64,000 nt of DNA, taken from Octopus vulgaris. Its lineage: Eukaryota. The notes beneath the pieces are model-generated. The model ran no database searches. It was not told the origin of the DNA and saw only the letters and a list, made by a program, of their open reading frames with translations. The translations under genes were made by a program, and so were the position numbers. The stretch lies in the NCBI GenBank assembly GCA_951406725.2, contig OX597817.1:138694001-138758000 (forward strand), given 5' to 3'. Within the stretch, counting starts at the first letter, position 1. The number at the start of each line of letters is the position of its first letter. Shown here piece after piece: positions 13,565 through 27,520 of the stretch.

Positions 13565-13837
13565 AGAGTTTATGAAAAATCAAAAGACGAAGACAGGTGG
13601 TGTACAAAACAAACAGATGTATTAGTATAACGCTCAGGAATAGAAAAAGTCTTTTACGTTTCGAGCCTACGCTCTTCTACAGAAAGGGACACCGAAAAAA
13701 ACAAGGAGAGAAAAAAATGTGTAGTGGCTAACGATCTATCATGGCGACTGATTCGGACAGAAGGGTCACACACGAGAGGGAAAGTTGGGGAGATAACAAA
13801 GTAAAGATGGCCCCCATCATATATATATTGGCCCCCA

Positions 13838-13886
<49 letters not shown>

Positions 13887-13985
13887 TACATACGTACATA
13901 CATATATGTGCATATAACACTATACTTTTTCCACGTCCTCGCGTTGTTGTGTTTTCTCTTTGTGTTTTCATGTTTGGATTAACTA
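13561..13985 (-). mobile_element. Family X element (hammerhead variant 13651-13686) with an oppositely oriented family Y terminus at 13920-13985
   Basis: CTTT-CTGTAGA-A-GAGC-GTAG-GCTC-GAAACGTA-AAAG on minus. 13920-13985 is the reverse complement of about 12562-12625. Confidence 0.65.
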
Positions 13986-13997
13986 TATATATATATA

Positions 13998-14296
13998 CGA
14001 GCAAAACGCCCTCCGTCCAATAGACAGTGCTGAGTTGTCAAACATTTAAACCAAATTTTTTCAAAATACGCGTAGTATCGATCGCAACAGTTGATGTACT
14101 TGCGCGTACAAATGCACGTTCCCACGGCTTTATCGATCGCATTCTCACCTGGAATCGATTTTTGTAATTTTTTCAAGACTTACACACGCCCTGATACCGT
14201 CGGTATCTACATATCAAATTTGAGCGGAATCGGATGGAGGATGCCCGAGATCCTAGAAGACACACATACAGACAGACAGAACGGATTTTATATAAT
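13998..14296 (-). mobile_element. Non-autonomous Helitron-like element
   Basis: Minus strand starts TATATAAAATCCGTTCTGTCTGTCTG...CCGATTCCGCTCAAATTTG and ends GGGCGTTTTGCTCG|T (CTAG-like). Same layout as 35186-35573. Confidence 0.5.
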
Positions 14297-14303
14297 ATAT
14301 AAT

Positions 14304-14361
<58 letters not shown>

Positions 14362-14498
14362 AAATGAAAGACGGAGGATGGAATATACGTGAGGGATCGA
14401 TATTAGATGTGTCGAAACAATTGTCGTGATTAATGAATTTTCTTGTATATTTCGTCTTCCATTAACCATATACATAACGAACACTGAAGGTGGCTGTG

Positions 14499-14539
<41 letters not shown>

Positions 14540-14602
14540 AGAGAGAGAGAGAGAGAGAGACAAACAGACAAATACATCATACATATAATGCATTTTATTA
14601 TC

Positions 14603-14646
<44 letters not shown>

Positions 14647-14785
14647 AGATAATGGTGTCATTGAGACCCAAAGGTATCAGGTAATGCTGAATAAGTGCTA
14701 TAGACAGACCTTAGTTAAGTTCCAGATTCGGTAATATTGCGAATAAAGGGTTCAACATTGGTTCTATGTCAGCGTGTGTATATAT

Positions 14786-14975
14786 AAATTTTTTGCGTAA
14801 TAAGATAAAAAAGCCAAGGCTGTATAGATATTGGAGCATTTATAGACAGAAGGTCTTACCGCTATTTCTAGGATATTAATTAATAATATCCCTTCATCAG
14901 ATGTAAGACTTTCTATCTATAAATGCTCTAGTATCTATACAGCCTTGTTTTTTTTATCTCATTACACAAAAAATT
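14786..14975. repeat. Imperfect about 73-bp inverted repeat enclosing a hammerhead motif (minus, 14853-14904)
   Basis: Arms 14786-14859 and 14903-14975. The loop on minus reads CTGATGA-A-GGGATATTA-TTAAT-TAATATCCT-A-GAAATAGCGGTA-AGAC. Confidence 0.7.
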
Positions 14976-15246
14976 CATATATATATATGTGTGTGTTTGT
15001 GTGCATACACACGCACACACACGCACACACACGCACATACATATGTTGCAAAGTCCGTATGATGTGGCTCTTGAAGTTTCGCCTAACGGCTTAAACCGCC
15101 ACAGGTCAATCGACACGAACTTTACAAAACACTTCTTTCAACTCTCAGAACTGAGTTATTCCTCATCAGCAAATGTTTGGTATTTAAACTTAAATTAACT
15201 TAACAAAAATAAATAAATAAATAAATAAATAAATAAAACATTATCA

Positions 15247-15324
<78 letters not shown>

Positions 15325-15460
15325 CACTCAGACACAGAGAGACACATTCACATTTATACACATATATAGATACATACATACACACACACACATGTATATA
15401 TATACATAGATATGTATCTACGTATCTATCTCTAAATCCGTCCATACATACATACATACA

Positions 15461-15491
<31 letters not shown>

Positions 15492-17070
15492 TTATATATA
15501 TATACACAGATACGTACATACAATCATACGCATAGATTCGCGTGTGTGTGTGCTTATTTATGTATGATTTATAGCCACTAACAAGCGTCGAAATCTTGCT
15601 GTGCCTATGTGAAAGAATGAGAAATAAGATTAAGTTAAAGGGAGAGAGAGAGAGGAAGAGTGTGAGAGCGAGAGAGAGATTGTGCGTGAGAGAGTGAGAG
15701 AGAGAGGGGAAGGCAGAGAGAGGGTGAGAGATATGTTGTGCGTGAGAGAGCGCGAGGAGAGAGGGAGAGAAGAAAAAGAGAGCGTGCTGTATGTGTGTGT
15801 ATGTGTGGTGTTAGTTTGTGTATTTGTTTCGGTGTGGAAGTGGGTTGGGGAGGGGAGGCGAGTCCTTGTGAAACGACAAGCTTCGGTTGATGTCAAAGGA
15901 AGCATAACTCTGTGATTGTGGTTTCGATCTGAGCCAGTCGTTGCTGGCAGCAACTTGGCAAGACTCAGCGACGCCAAAACAGTTTTAAGACACAAAGGTC
16001 AATATCAATACATCATATGGGGTAGATACCCCAGGAGTAAAACAAACTAGATCATCATCATCATCGTCATCATTACCACCGTCGCCTCCATCACCATGAA
16101 CGAGAGAGCTGCTAAGTGTTCGCTCGATGTGCTAGGTATGGCAGTTAACTCTCCATCCAACCACTTCCTAGTCTTCTGATTGACACATTAGGAATTGTTG
16201 TCCAGGGTAGACTATTCCAGAAAAGAAGACAGTATGGTCATGCCTCAAAGTCTTTTTCATCGTAATTCTCTTTTCTCTCTCTGGAATAATCTGTAGATTA
16301 AAAAAGGGAAGACCTATCACTGACGATGCTCGCCCCTAATGGCCGTTCTACCTGCTGGAAATAGCAATCATATCTCCCTCAAATCACATCTAACCTAGCA
16401 TCTTAAAAAAGTTTTTGTTGGACATGGAGTGGTCACTGTTGGAAGGCTTTAAATCATGAGTTTACACAATAAGTACTGGAATTGGGGTGAGCATAACAAC
16501 ACAAAACAATAACATCAAAAATATTGTAAGAGAGAGTGCCATAAATTCATTGACCCACCGTATATTACTGGTACCAATTATATTGCCAGCTACTCTAACA
16601 TTTCTGTTTCCCATTACAGTAATCTCTGGATTATTGAGTTAAATAGCGAACACGAGAGACTTTCTGATAAAGGGAACACAGGGTACATAAATACAGAGTA
16701 CATAACGAGATACCGGGTGCGTAGTCAGACACATGGATACATAGCAATACAAGAGACACTAAGACTGGCAGTCTTAGACCCGAAAGACGAGACACGGGGC
16801 CCAAGGTTAGATTTAAGTCACATGACCAGACACAAGGAACAGGGCCAAACATTAGAGAGAGGGATCGGTCGACTAGATCCCTAATGCTACTTGAGTAGGA
16901 CTTCCCTTGATTAAAGGTTCCCCTACTTTGGCAGAGTTTAATATCTTGAATATGTTTATATGAGTATTTTGTATTAAATGTATATGCATAGATACATACA
17001 CACACATACACACACATACATATACATATATATATGTATGTATGTGTGTGTGTGCGTGAGAGATAGAGAG

Positions 17071-17365
17071 GGAGGCGCATGACCTAGTGGTTAGGGTGTT
17101 GTACACACGGTCGTGAGATCGTGGTTTCAATTCCTAGACCAGTTAGTGTATTGTGTTCTTGAGCAAAACACTTCACCTCACCTTGCTCTGTGATCCCTTC
17201 GATATCTGAGGCGTGGTACACCTGTGTGCACCTGTTCGAGGAACATCGATTTGATGGAGGGAGGGAGCTAATGAATGGCACAAGCATTTGGTCCTCACTA
17301 TAAACAAATCATTTGCGCAGATTGTTCGGCAAGAAATTGCAGAACTTTCTCGGACTAAGAAAGTT
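17071..17365 (+). mobile_element. tRNA-derived SINE family C
   Basis: GGAGGCGCATGACCTAGTGGTTAGG (A box) and GGTTTCAATTCC (B box). Head shared with 20565. Confidence 0.75.
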
Positions 17366-17689
17366 TATCAGCAGCAGCAGCAGCAGCAGCCGCTCTACCA
17401 CCACCACTGCCACTACCATCATATATGTGAGTGTGTGTGTATCTGTGTATGTATTCATGTTTGTATATATATACACACACCATTATAAGAATATCTCATT
17501 TTGTTTGTCCAAACATTAAACAGAGATTGTTAAAAGATATAAATTGTAAAAAACGGGGAAACACTTTCTTTTAAAATGTTACATTCAACATATGACTATC
17601 TTTTTATATTTTTTCATATTTTTACATGATTTCTTTCTTAGCTTGTTTTGGAAAAAAAAACACCGTCAGCGTTTGTCGACTTTCAGAGT

Positions 17690-18900
17690 CTCACCTTCAG
17701 TCTGAAGACGTGTTGGCTGTGTTCTTGTCCCTTTTGTAGTAGACAAGTCTAACGTGATTGGTGTAAAGATTACTGTCGTCTTTCAGTTTTGACCTGTTGA
17801 TGTACAGCTCATCAATCAGATAATAACTCACCTTGTGACTACTGTGTGCGTCCGTCTGCTTAATTGAACCTTTGTGACTGGTGATTGTGCGTTTCAGTTG
17901 GTCTTGCTCTCTGTTATGATAATTTATTATTAATCGTCTTGCTGGCCATGTCCCAAAATTTGAAACCGTCATTAATCCTCTCTGTTTGTGCAGAACTCAC
18001 CCGGTTACAAACGTGTTATCTTGTTTTCTGTTGTGCTTCATGCAATGCAATGAATTTGTCCCTTATTTCAAGAACGCCACGAATCAATTGTAGAGCCAAT
18101 GAAAGAGTTAAAGACATACACTTTACATGCGTTGTATCATTCCATTGTTGAATCTATTAATTCATTAGAAAACTTGTTCATTAAATGTCAGATTGATAGT
18201 GTGTACTTTTGAATCTAGTATTTTATTTGTGGAAGCGATTCAAAGTGTTCTTTTGAGTAGGCGTTTTACAAGCGACATATTCTACGAATGTGTGAATATT
18301 TGCTGTCTTCATTTAAGCATTTACTTTGCGTCTTCGGTTCAGACAGACTTGATGTATCTATTATTTTTAGTCTGAAAGTTTTTGTCTTGGAATCGAATCA
18401 TTGTAATGCTAAGTGTTTTACTTGTATTCTGTTTTTAGGTTAGCATGAAAATATTTCCCATTAATTTCTCCACGTCAGTCGCTCTGTCTATTACAGCGTC
18501 CACACATCGTCCATACACTTTGTGTATTTATTATGTTAATGTATCAAAATACTTTATTTCCTAATATGGCCACAATGCATAAATATTTATTTCAAGTGAT
18601 GCTTTTGTATTACTCCTGTGATATTTTCTCATCCAAACCTATGTAATTGTAGGGTCGGTTCTTGTGTGTCTCTTAATTTCCATGTACGTACCAAATTGCT
18701 CCTTCCAATATTTTGGTCAGAAAAGATCGAGATGGTTCACCGACTGCAGTCGTTTTCTTCACGTTTTCCATCATGTCTGAATATTTGATCTCGCTGTCAA
18801 TCCTGTACAAACACGCTCCACAGCATTGTAACCAAATCGCTATTATGCATCGTGTTTAGCATACATTTATAGCATTCATCCGTGGTCAGCCAGAAATGAT
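17690..18900 (-). pseudogene. Possible ancient Penelope-like element remnant
   Basis: Scattered minus-strand peptide remnants in the expected order: GTY...DPT, IDTSSL (RT motif A-like), LKRTITSHKGSIK (GIY-YIG helix-like). Heavily degraded. Confidence 0.25.
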
Positions 18901-19795
18901 GTGCTTCATTGTCTGATTTTGTGCTGCTTTTATAGTCACCATCTGATATTAGCATTTTATTCATTATTTTATTCTATTCTTCTAATTATTTGCGACTGAG
19001 TATTAGTCTTGTACAACTAGAATCAGACTAAGTATTAGTGCAACTAGTATCACATCTGTTTCTACTTTCACTCCACACACTTTCAATCGTTGTTGGTGAC
19101 TCACTTTGAACTACTTTCTTTCTATCGAGTCTTGAAGAATATTCACTTATTTTCACTACATTCGCAGTTCCGCTTCCAGTTCGTCTATTTTTTAAAATCC
19201 TTTCCTCTTGTTCGGTCCCCGCCTAATTCCTCAATGGAGTTAGTTTCTAATGTTAAGCAGTTGTTTCCTTAAATAAACTATTTTCCTTAGTTTCACTCTT
19301 TCCTTATTACATTAACCAGTTCCTTTTCACCTACTTCTAGTCTTTCGGTTGTTATTTTGTAGTAGTTTTCTACACATATGTGTTCGCCGCCTTCCGCCAC
19401 CTGCAGGCTTCATATATTTCTTTTACATCAGATTTGAACTTATGACTCTGGAACATTGGCAGTAGCTTATTGGTTCTTCACTTTACTTAAATTTCCCTTT
19501 AATGACTCAAGTTGTGCTTTAAAACAGGGATGGCTCCAGAGCCACTTTGCTTTTTCATGCATCAAGACTAGCTTTCTTAGAGGGAAAATAATAGAGAAAA
19601 TCTTGAACGATATAAAAATAGTCCAAAGTCGATGCCAAATACTGTGTGAGCAAGACTTAATATTTACAGACCTGAATACATTCCTTGTTTAGAACACAGT
19701 GTTGTGTCCATTGTTTTTTGATGATCTATTTGTGCAGAAATGGTTTTATATTGATGGTTATGTCAATTCCCAATTTCTCATTAGTTGATGCTGTT

Positions 19796-19962
19796 CCTCC
19801 TCCTCCTCCTCCTCCTCCTCCTCCTCCTCTTCCTCTTCTTCTTCTTCTTCTTCTTCTTCTTCATCTTCATCTTCATCATCATCGTCGTCTTCTTCTTCTT
19901 CTTCTTCTTCTTCTTCTTCTTCTTCTTCTTCTTCTTCTTCTTCTTCTTCTTCTTCGTCATCA
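19796..19962. repeat. (CCT)n/(CTT)n/(CAT)n trinucleotide microsatellite
   Basis: Direct inspection. Confidence 0.95.
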
Positions 19963-20564
19963 GCAGCAGAAGTCACAATTTTATATCTTAGATATAACAA
20001 AAGCACAGAATCAGAGCACCTCCAAATCTTCCGCTCCTGACACAAACCCTCCTTTGAATTTAACTCCTGGTTGAAACTAAACGTATTTTCTTCTCATCCA
20101 AACTATGTTTTCTATTTTCAGTCTCGTTCCACAAAAAGAAAAAAAAAAAACTGTTTACTTGGTGAAATACCGAATGATACGGTCTCTGAATGGACACGGA
20201 CGACAACTGGGTCTTTCCTTCATGTAATTTCAGCCGCTTGTTATAGTCGCCTAAATTAAATATATAATTAAGCATCACAATACGAATGAGTTTCACTAAT
20301 TAGCCAAGTGTAATGACTTTAGAATTGAAAATATCGAATCTGCTAGAAGCTACAGCCAAATCTCCCTCAAATCACATCCTACTATTTTGAAATAAATGGG
20401 AGACGTTAGGTAATAGAGAACTAGGAGCAGTAAATGGGAAACATAAGACGGTGGTGGTGGTCGTAGTTGGAGCGCATTTGATCAGGGTTGATTTTGGAGC
20501 TAAACAACAATAGCATCCACAAATACACAACAACAATAACGAAGTCAACAACAGCAACAACAGT

Positions 20565-20925
20565 GGAGGCGCAATGGCTCAGTGGTTAGGGCAGCGGACT
20601 CGCCGTCGGAGGATTGCGGTTTCGATTCCCAGACCGAGCATTAAGTGTGTTTATTGAGCGAAAACACTAAAACTCCACGAGGCTCAAGCAGGGGGTGGTG
20701 GTGACCCTTGTTGTACTCTTTCGCTCCAACTTTCTCTCACTCTTTCTTCCTGTTTCTTGTCCCCGACTTCCTACGCAACCGCTGAGCCTGGATGCGCATT
20801 CATCTATCCGTCGATGCTCTCGGTGTCGAGAGTTGACCTGCTTTCTCTTCTGCGGGTCTTACGAACAGCAAAGGACCACTTTTCAGACTTCTCCCATCTT
20901 GCGAGCTCTGGGACGAAGACCGTTC
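20565..20925 (+). mobile_element. tRNA-derived SINE family C
   Basis: GGAGGCGCAATGGCTCAGTGGTTAGGGCAGCGGACTCG...GGTTTCGATTCCC forms a clear tRNA-like head. Confidence 0.8.
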
Positions 20926-21254
20926 GCTCAACAGTAACAACATCAACGTCACCATCAATAACATCAACACAAACATGAAGCAAAAATACAAAGCGCGAAT
21001 AGAAACACCATCAACATAAGTTGAGTAAACAACCAACAATGTTGACAAACATCGTCAGCCTGCGTAGGACACTGATACAGCCCCTGCCCTATGATTAAAC
21101 CATGACTATTTAGCAACGACTTTGAAAATAAATAGCCTGAAACATCAACAACAGTTATATCGTCGTCGTCATGAAATAGAACAATCCCATCAAAAAGTCA
21201 ACGAAAAAAATCTTTATGTGGTCCCATAACAGGCAAGACACAGCTACCAAATAC

Positions 21255-21643
21255 CTATTTCTTTACTACCCACAGGGGGCTAAACACACAGAGAGGACAG
21301 ACAAGGACAGACAAACGGATTAAGACGATTATATCGACCCCAGTGCGTAACTGGTACTTATTTAATCGACCCCGAAAGGATGAAAGGCAAAGTCAACCTC
21401 GGCGGAATTTGAACTCAGAACGTAGCGGCAGACGAAATACCTATTTCTTTATTACCCACAAGGGGCTAAACACAGAGGGAACAAACAAGGACAGACATAG
21501 GTATTAAGTCGATTACATCGACCCCAGTGCGTAACTGGTACTTAATTTATCGACCCCGAAAGGATGAAAGGCAAAGTCGACCTCGGCGGAATTTGAACTC
21601 ACAACGTAACGCAGACGAAATACCGTTAAGCATTTCGCCCGGC
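21255..21643 (-). mobile_element. Tandem or nested dimer of SINE family B
   Basis: Two about 190-bp units (21255-21440 and 21441-21643). TACCAAATA flanks both sides. Confidence 0.85.
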
Positions 21644-22093
21644 TAGATACCAAATATCCTTTCGTTAAAGACATACACAATAAAATCGTGGAGTTTCGTT
21701 TGACCACTGGTCAGCAGATCAAACAAAACAACAAGCAACGGCAGCAACAGCTACAACAACATCAGTAGTAGCAGCAACAACAGCAACAACGACGGTGACA
21801 TTACGATAAAAGAAATCAACTTAAAATCTCGAAACATCAAATTCATAGAAACACAAATTTACCAGGATTGGTCACTGCAATCTTTCCTCTTCAGCCTCCT
21901 CTTCACTATACCGTATCTAAGATAATCTCTTCTCCTTCATCTTCAGCCTCAGATATATTTCCAATATATTCACACGAAATTCGCCCACATATTTCTCCTC
22001 CTTCTCCTCTTGCATGCCTCCTTTTTTTACACTGTTACGCTTTCTACAACGACCATGCACACACTCGAGCAGCCACACACCTATTCCTCCACA

Positions 22094-22095
<2 letters not shown>

Positions 22096-22145
<50 letters not shown>

Positions 22146-22279
22146 CACACACACAACACATATATGAAAATTATAGGTATATATTATAAATACATATATA
22201 TATAATATACATATATATATAATATAAATACATAAATATATATATATATATATAATAAACATACATATATATATATATA

Positions 22280-22374
<95 letters not shown>

Positions 22375-22435
22375 TACACACAAACACATATATGAAAATT
22401 ATAGGTATATATATATAAATACATATATATATAAT

Positions 22436-22468
<33 letters not shown>

Positions 22469-23881
22469 ATATACGTATATAAATACATACGTATATATAT
22501 ATATAAGTATGTATATATATATGTATATTATATGTATATATATATGCATATTATATATATGTATATATATATATGTATATTATATGTATATATATATGCA
22601 TATTATATATATGTATATATATATGTATATTATATGTATATATATATGTATATTATATGTATATATATATGTATATTATATGTATATATATATGTATATT
22701 ATATGTATATATATATGTATATTATATGTATATATATATGTATATTATATGTATATATATGTATATTATATATATATGTATGTATATTATATATATGTAT
22801 ATTAAATATATATATATATATGTATGCATATTATATATATATGTGTATTATATATATATATATGTATGTATATTATATATATGTATATGTATATTATATA
22901 TATGTATATTATATATATAAGTATGTATATTATATATATAAGTACGTATATTATATATATATATATATGTGTGTATGTATGTTATATATATATATGTATA
23001 TTATATATATACGTATGTATATATATGTATATGATATATATACGTATGTATATATATGTATATTATATATATATACGTATGTATATATATGTATATTATA
23101 TATATACGTATGTATATATATGTGTATTATATATATATATACGTATGTATATATATGTATATTATATATACGTATGTATATATATGTATATTATATATAC
23201 GTATGTATATATTTGTATATTATATATATACGTATGTATATATATGTATATTATATATATATATTATATATATATATACGTATGTATATATATTTATATT
23301 ATATATATACGTATGTATATATATGTATATTATATATATACTTATGTATATGTATATATATGTATATTATATATATACGTATGTATATATATATGTATAT
23401 TATATATATACATATGTATATATATGTATATTATATATATACGCATGTATATATATGTATATTATATATATACGCATGTATATATATGTATATTATGTAT
23501 ATAGGCATGTGTATATATGTATATTATGTATATACGTATGTCTCTCTCTATATATATATATATGTATATATATATGTATGTATATATGTATGTATAAAAA
23601 TATGTATGTATATTATATATATACGTATGTATATATATATGTAATTATATATATACGTATGAATATATATATATGTATGTATATTATATATATATATACG
23701 TATATTATATATATACGTATGTATATGTATATGTATGTATATTATATATATTATATATATATATATATATACGTATGATTATATATGTATGAATATATAT
23801 GTATATTATATATATATATATAAATATATATATGTATGTATATTGTATATTATATATATATATATGTATATTATATGTATG

Positions 23882-23965
<84 letters not shown>
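22096..23965. repeat. Compound (TA)n/(TATG)n microsatellite with 20-22 bp higher-order periodicity
   Basis: Direct inspection; recurring units such as ATGTATATTATATGTATATAT. Confidence 0.95.
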
Positions 23966-23966
<1 letters not shown>

Positions 23967-24041
23967 TAGGGAATGAATCCAAAATTACAGGGAAAAATCA
24001 GATTTAGGGTTAAATCCAATTTTATAGTAAAATATTATATA

Positions 24042-24279
24042 ATATAATTCGAGACAAAACCACTATTTTAAAACCAAACAAGGAAAGACTTAATCAAAAC
24101 ATAAAATTTTAATATAAATTAAATAAACCGCCACTACAAATGTTTCATGTCTGCTCCGACAATCTTCAGGTGGATTTTCGATCTTCTAATCGGTTTATTT
24201 AATTTATATTAAAATTTTATGTTTTGATTAAGTCTTTCCTTGTTTGGTTTTAAAATAGTGGTTTTGTCTCGAATTATAT
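24042..24279. repeat. Perfect 89-bp inverted repeat enclosing a hammerhead
   Basis: 24042-24130 is the reverse complement of 24191-24279. Confidence 0.9.
24131..24173 (-). ncRNA. Type I hammerhead ribozyme motif
   Basis: Minus strand CCAC-CTGAAGA-T-TGTC-GGAGCA-GACA-T-GAAAC-ATTT-GTA-GTGG. Confidence 0.72.
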
Positions 24280-24379
24280 ATATATATATATATATGTGTG
24301 GTAAGTATCGTGTTTACCAACCACATGTTTCCAGGTTCATTCCCACGGGCTAGGCCAATAATGCCCGAAACCTATCAAA

Positions 24380-24421
<42 letters not shown>

Positions 24422-24467
24422 GCATATATATATATATTATATATATATATGCAGATATATATTTATA

Positions 24468-24513
<46 letters not shown>

Positions 24514-24879
24514 TATATTTATATTCATATATATATATTATATATATATATATATGCATATATATATATATTATATATAATGTGTATATATATATATATG
24601 CATATATATATTATATATGTTATATATAATGTATATATATATATATGCATATATATATTATATATACATATATATATTATATACATACATATATATATTA
24701 TATACATACATATATATATTATATACATACATATATATATTATATACATACATATATTTATTATATATATATATACATATATTTATATATACATATATAT
24801 ATATATTATATATATACATATATATAAAATATATATAAATACATATATATATATATTATATATATACATATATATATAT

Positions 24880-24922
<43 letters not shown>

Positions 24923-25216
24923 TAATATATATAATATATATACAAATATATATATACAAATATATATATATATAATATATATACATATATATATATACAC
25001 ATATATATGTTATATATATATACACATATATATTATATATATATATACAAATATATATATATATATATATATATACAAATATATATATATATACACATAT
25101 ATTTACATATATATATATTATATATACACATATATATATATACACATATATTTACATATATATATATTATATATATATATTATATTTATATATATATTAT
25201 ATATACATATATATAT

Positions 25217-25845
25217 ATGGTCGCAAGTTTTGCAGATGATGCAGAGGTTTCGCGGGTGGTACAGAACCCTGAAGACACTGGGCACCTGCAGTGTGAGCTG
25301 GACAGTGTATACAACTGGGCTGAGAGGAACAGCATGCAGTTCAATGCTGAAGTGTTACAGGCTTTGTGCTGTCGGCGTGCAAAACTGGGTGCAATGCCCA
25401 GTGGATGCACTGGGCCTGGGGGATTGCGATCCCGAAGGCGCAGTCGGTGCGTGACCTGGGTATTTGCATGAGTGATGATGCAATCTTTCATGTGCATGTT
25501 GCTAAATTGGCAATGAAATGTGGACGGCTGGCCGGATGGATTCTTGGAGCCTTTGGAACGGGGGACCAGGGGACTATGATGGTCCTCTGGAGGACACTTA
25601 TCCTAGGCCACTTTGACTATTGCTCTCAGCTATGGTCGCCATCCAGTGTCAAGTTGATCACAGAACTTGAGGCGATCCAACGAAGCTACACGAAGAAGAT
25701 AGCCTCTGTGTAGCATGTGAGCTACTGGGAAAGACTCAAGAGATTAAAACCCTATTCCTTGGAGCGTAGGCGAGAAAGATATGCGTCTTTAAAGTAGGAC
25801 TGGATCTCTTCCTGTCAGGTGTCCCGGATGAACCAACTTCACGGC
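25217..25845 (+). mobile_element. CR1/L2-group LINE fragment, A-to-G hypermutated and internally deleted
   Basis: Aligns to about 39350-39916, then jumps to about 40137-40197. FADDAEVSR vs YADDTKVSQ; WILGAFG vs WILRTFR. Confidence 0.92.
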
Positions 25846-26068
25846 CATCTCTATGTGAACACCCCTCTCCCCTCCCCCAACTTTGTATTGCAGTTACCAG
25901 TTAAACACAACACCTCCTCTCTCTCTCTCCTCATCTACCTCCTCCCTCTCCTCCCTCTCCAAAACAAACTACGATGAGTGTCAAGATACAGGAGAGGACT
26001 CACCTATAACTTCTAATGGTTAACTCAGCAACGAGATAATGAACTGTTCTCACTTGTATTATTATTCG

Positions 26069-26102
<34 letters not shown>

Positions 26103-27520
26103 CGTGGTGGTGGTAAATTCAATTGGCTTCCGCCGAGATCGAAACTACTTTGAAATTTTAACGGGCTTGTTTTTAGCTTTATGTCATTCGCCACACGTCT
26201 ACGTAAGAAATTATTTTGGCCATTGTGTCAGTCTGGTTGATGGTAGATTCGGTAGACGAATGGACAAAAGCGTTTTACGATTATCAGATCTCTCTATAAT
26301 CTGGGTTGAAACACGACTGACATCAATTTTAGTCTTTATCCTTCCGGATTTGATAAAATAAGGAACATCTTCCACTAAACATCTTTATTCGCTTCCTTTT
26401 AAATCAAGTACATGAATACTTCATTTAAACGTTTGTACTCGCTTCTTTGAAATCAATTAAAGGAATACTTGATTTTAATGTTTATACTCGCTCCGTTTCA
26501 GTCAGCTAAGAATCTTCGAAGTCCTTTTTATGGTAAGCTTTGGCGATCACTGTAGAATCTGCGACTTATTTTCCGTTCTAAATTTTAGATAGTTTCTTCA
26601 ATTCAGGGCTTTATTGAATTTTGGAATGGTCATATATAACTCAAAACGTCTCAAGAGTCTTTTTGCAAAAAATATCGGAAATAACAGAAAAATTACACAA
26701 AATTTTGGAAATGGTATTCTATGGAGAATAAGCAGACCAGCAGAGAGTCGATTCAATATTACACTCTTATACGAGCTCAATCTATCTTTATAAGGCATCA
26801 TTCAAACTTTACCCAGATAATTTCACCAGTTTTATAGAGTATGTCAGAGCATGATGGCCTGATGGTCATTGCCTTCTTGTAACACATTGCATTATACCAA
26901 TTCAGAAAGAGACTTCAAAGTAATTGCTCAAATATTAATTATATAGTTAATTATATAATTACCTCATCTAGAACTGCTTCTCAACAGTTTGTCGTTGCTT
27001 CTCTATTTATCTCCTTAATAGATTCACAAAAGCTTCTCTGTAACCAACGGAAACGGTTAATTCAAACCACATGAAGTTCCTTATGAACAATATATATTTT
27101 GTACTGCTCTGTATATGTCAGCGCTTTCATAGAAGAATACAAAGTGGCCATATCTGATTACTTCCTGCAGACTGCTAACGGTTGAGAGAAATTTGATTGC
27201 GTAAACCATAACAGAAGCTATATTAACTCAAGATAAGTAGGGTTGAGTGTCTTGCCTAAAAAGCGAAAGTTACGAAATAACAATGTATAATAACTTTTTG
27301 TCTAAAAATTAGTCAGCGACAAATGTTATACTATCAGGAATGGAAAAAATTATATTTTCATTGATATTGCAATATGTGTAATATAATAAATACAATATAA
27401 TTTAGTATAACATAAAACAGTATAATATAGTATAGTATAATATCATGTGTGTGCGTATATGTGTCATGTGTAGATACATATACAGGAAGATAAACAGGCA
27501 TATATATATATATATATATA

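Noticed and set aside
19758-20045. Poly-Glu/Asp ORF
   Set aside because: Trinucleotide repeat with no supporting exon structure.
20565-20635. tRNA gene
   Set aside because: The tRNA-like head continues into a SINE body and no proper acceptor stem is evident.
22044-25200. Many Ile/Tyr/Met/Cys ORFs (also at 33.7-37.6, 44-45.8, 48.3-49.4 and 63.2-64 kb)
   Set aside because: Microsatellite artefacts.
25217-25845. APOBEC/CpG-type G>A decay of the reference copy as the explanation for the A/G asymmetry
   Set aside because: The reference copies have intact ORFs and agree with the older outgroup copy at the diagnostic residues, so the change is A>G in this copy.
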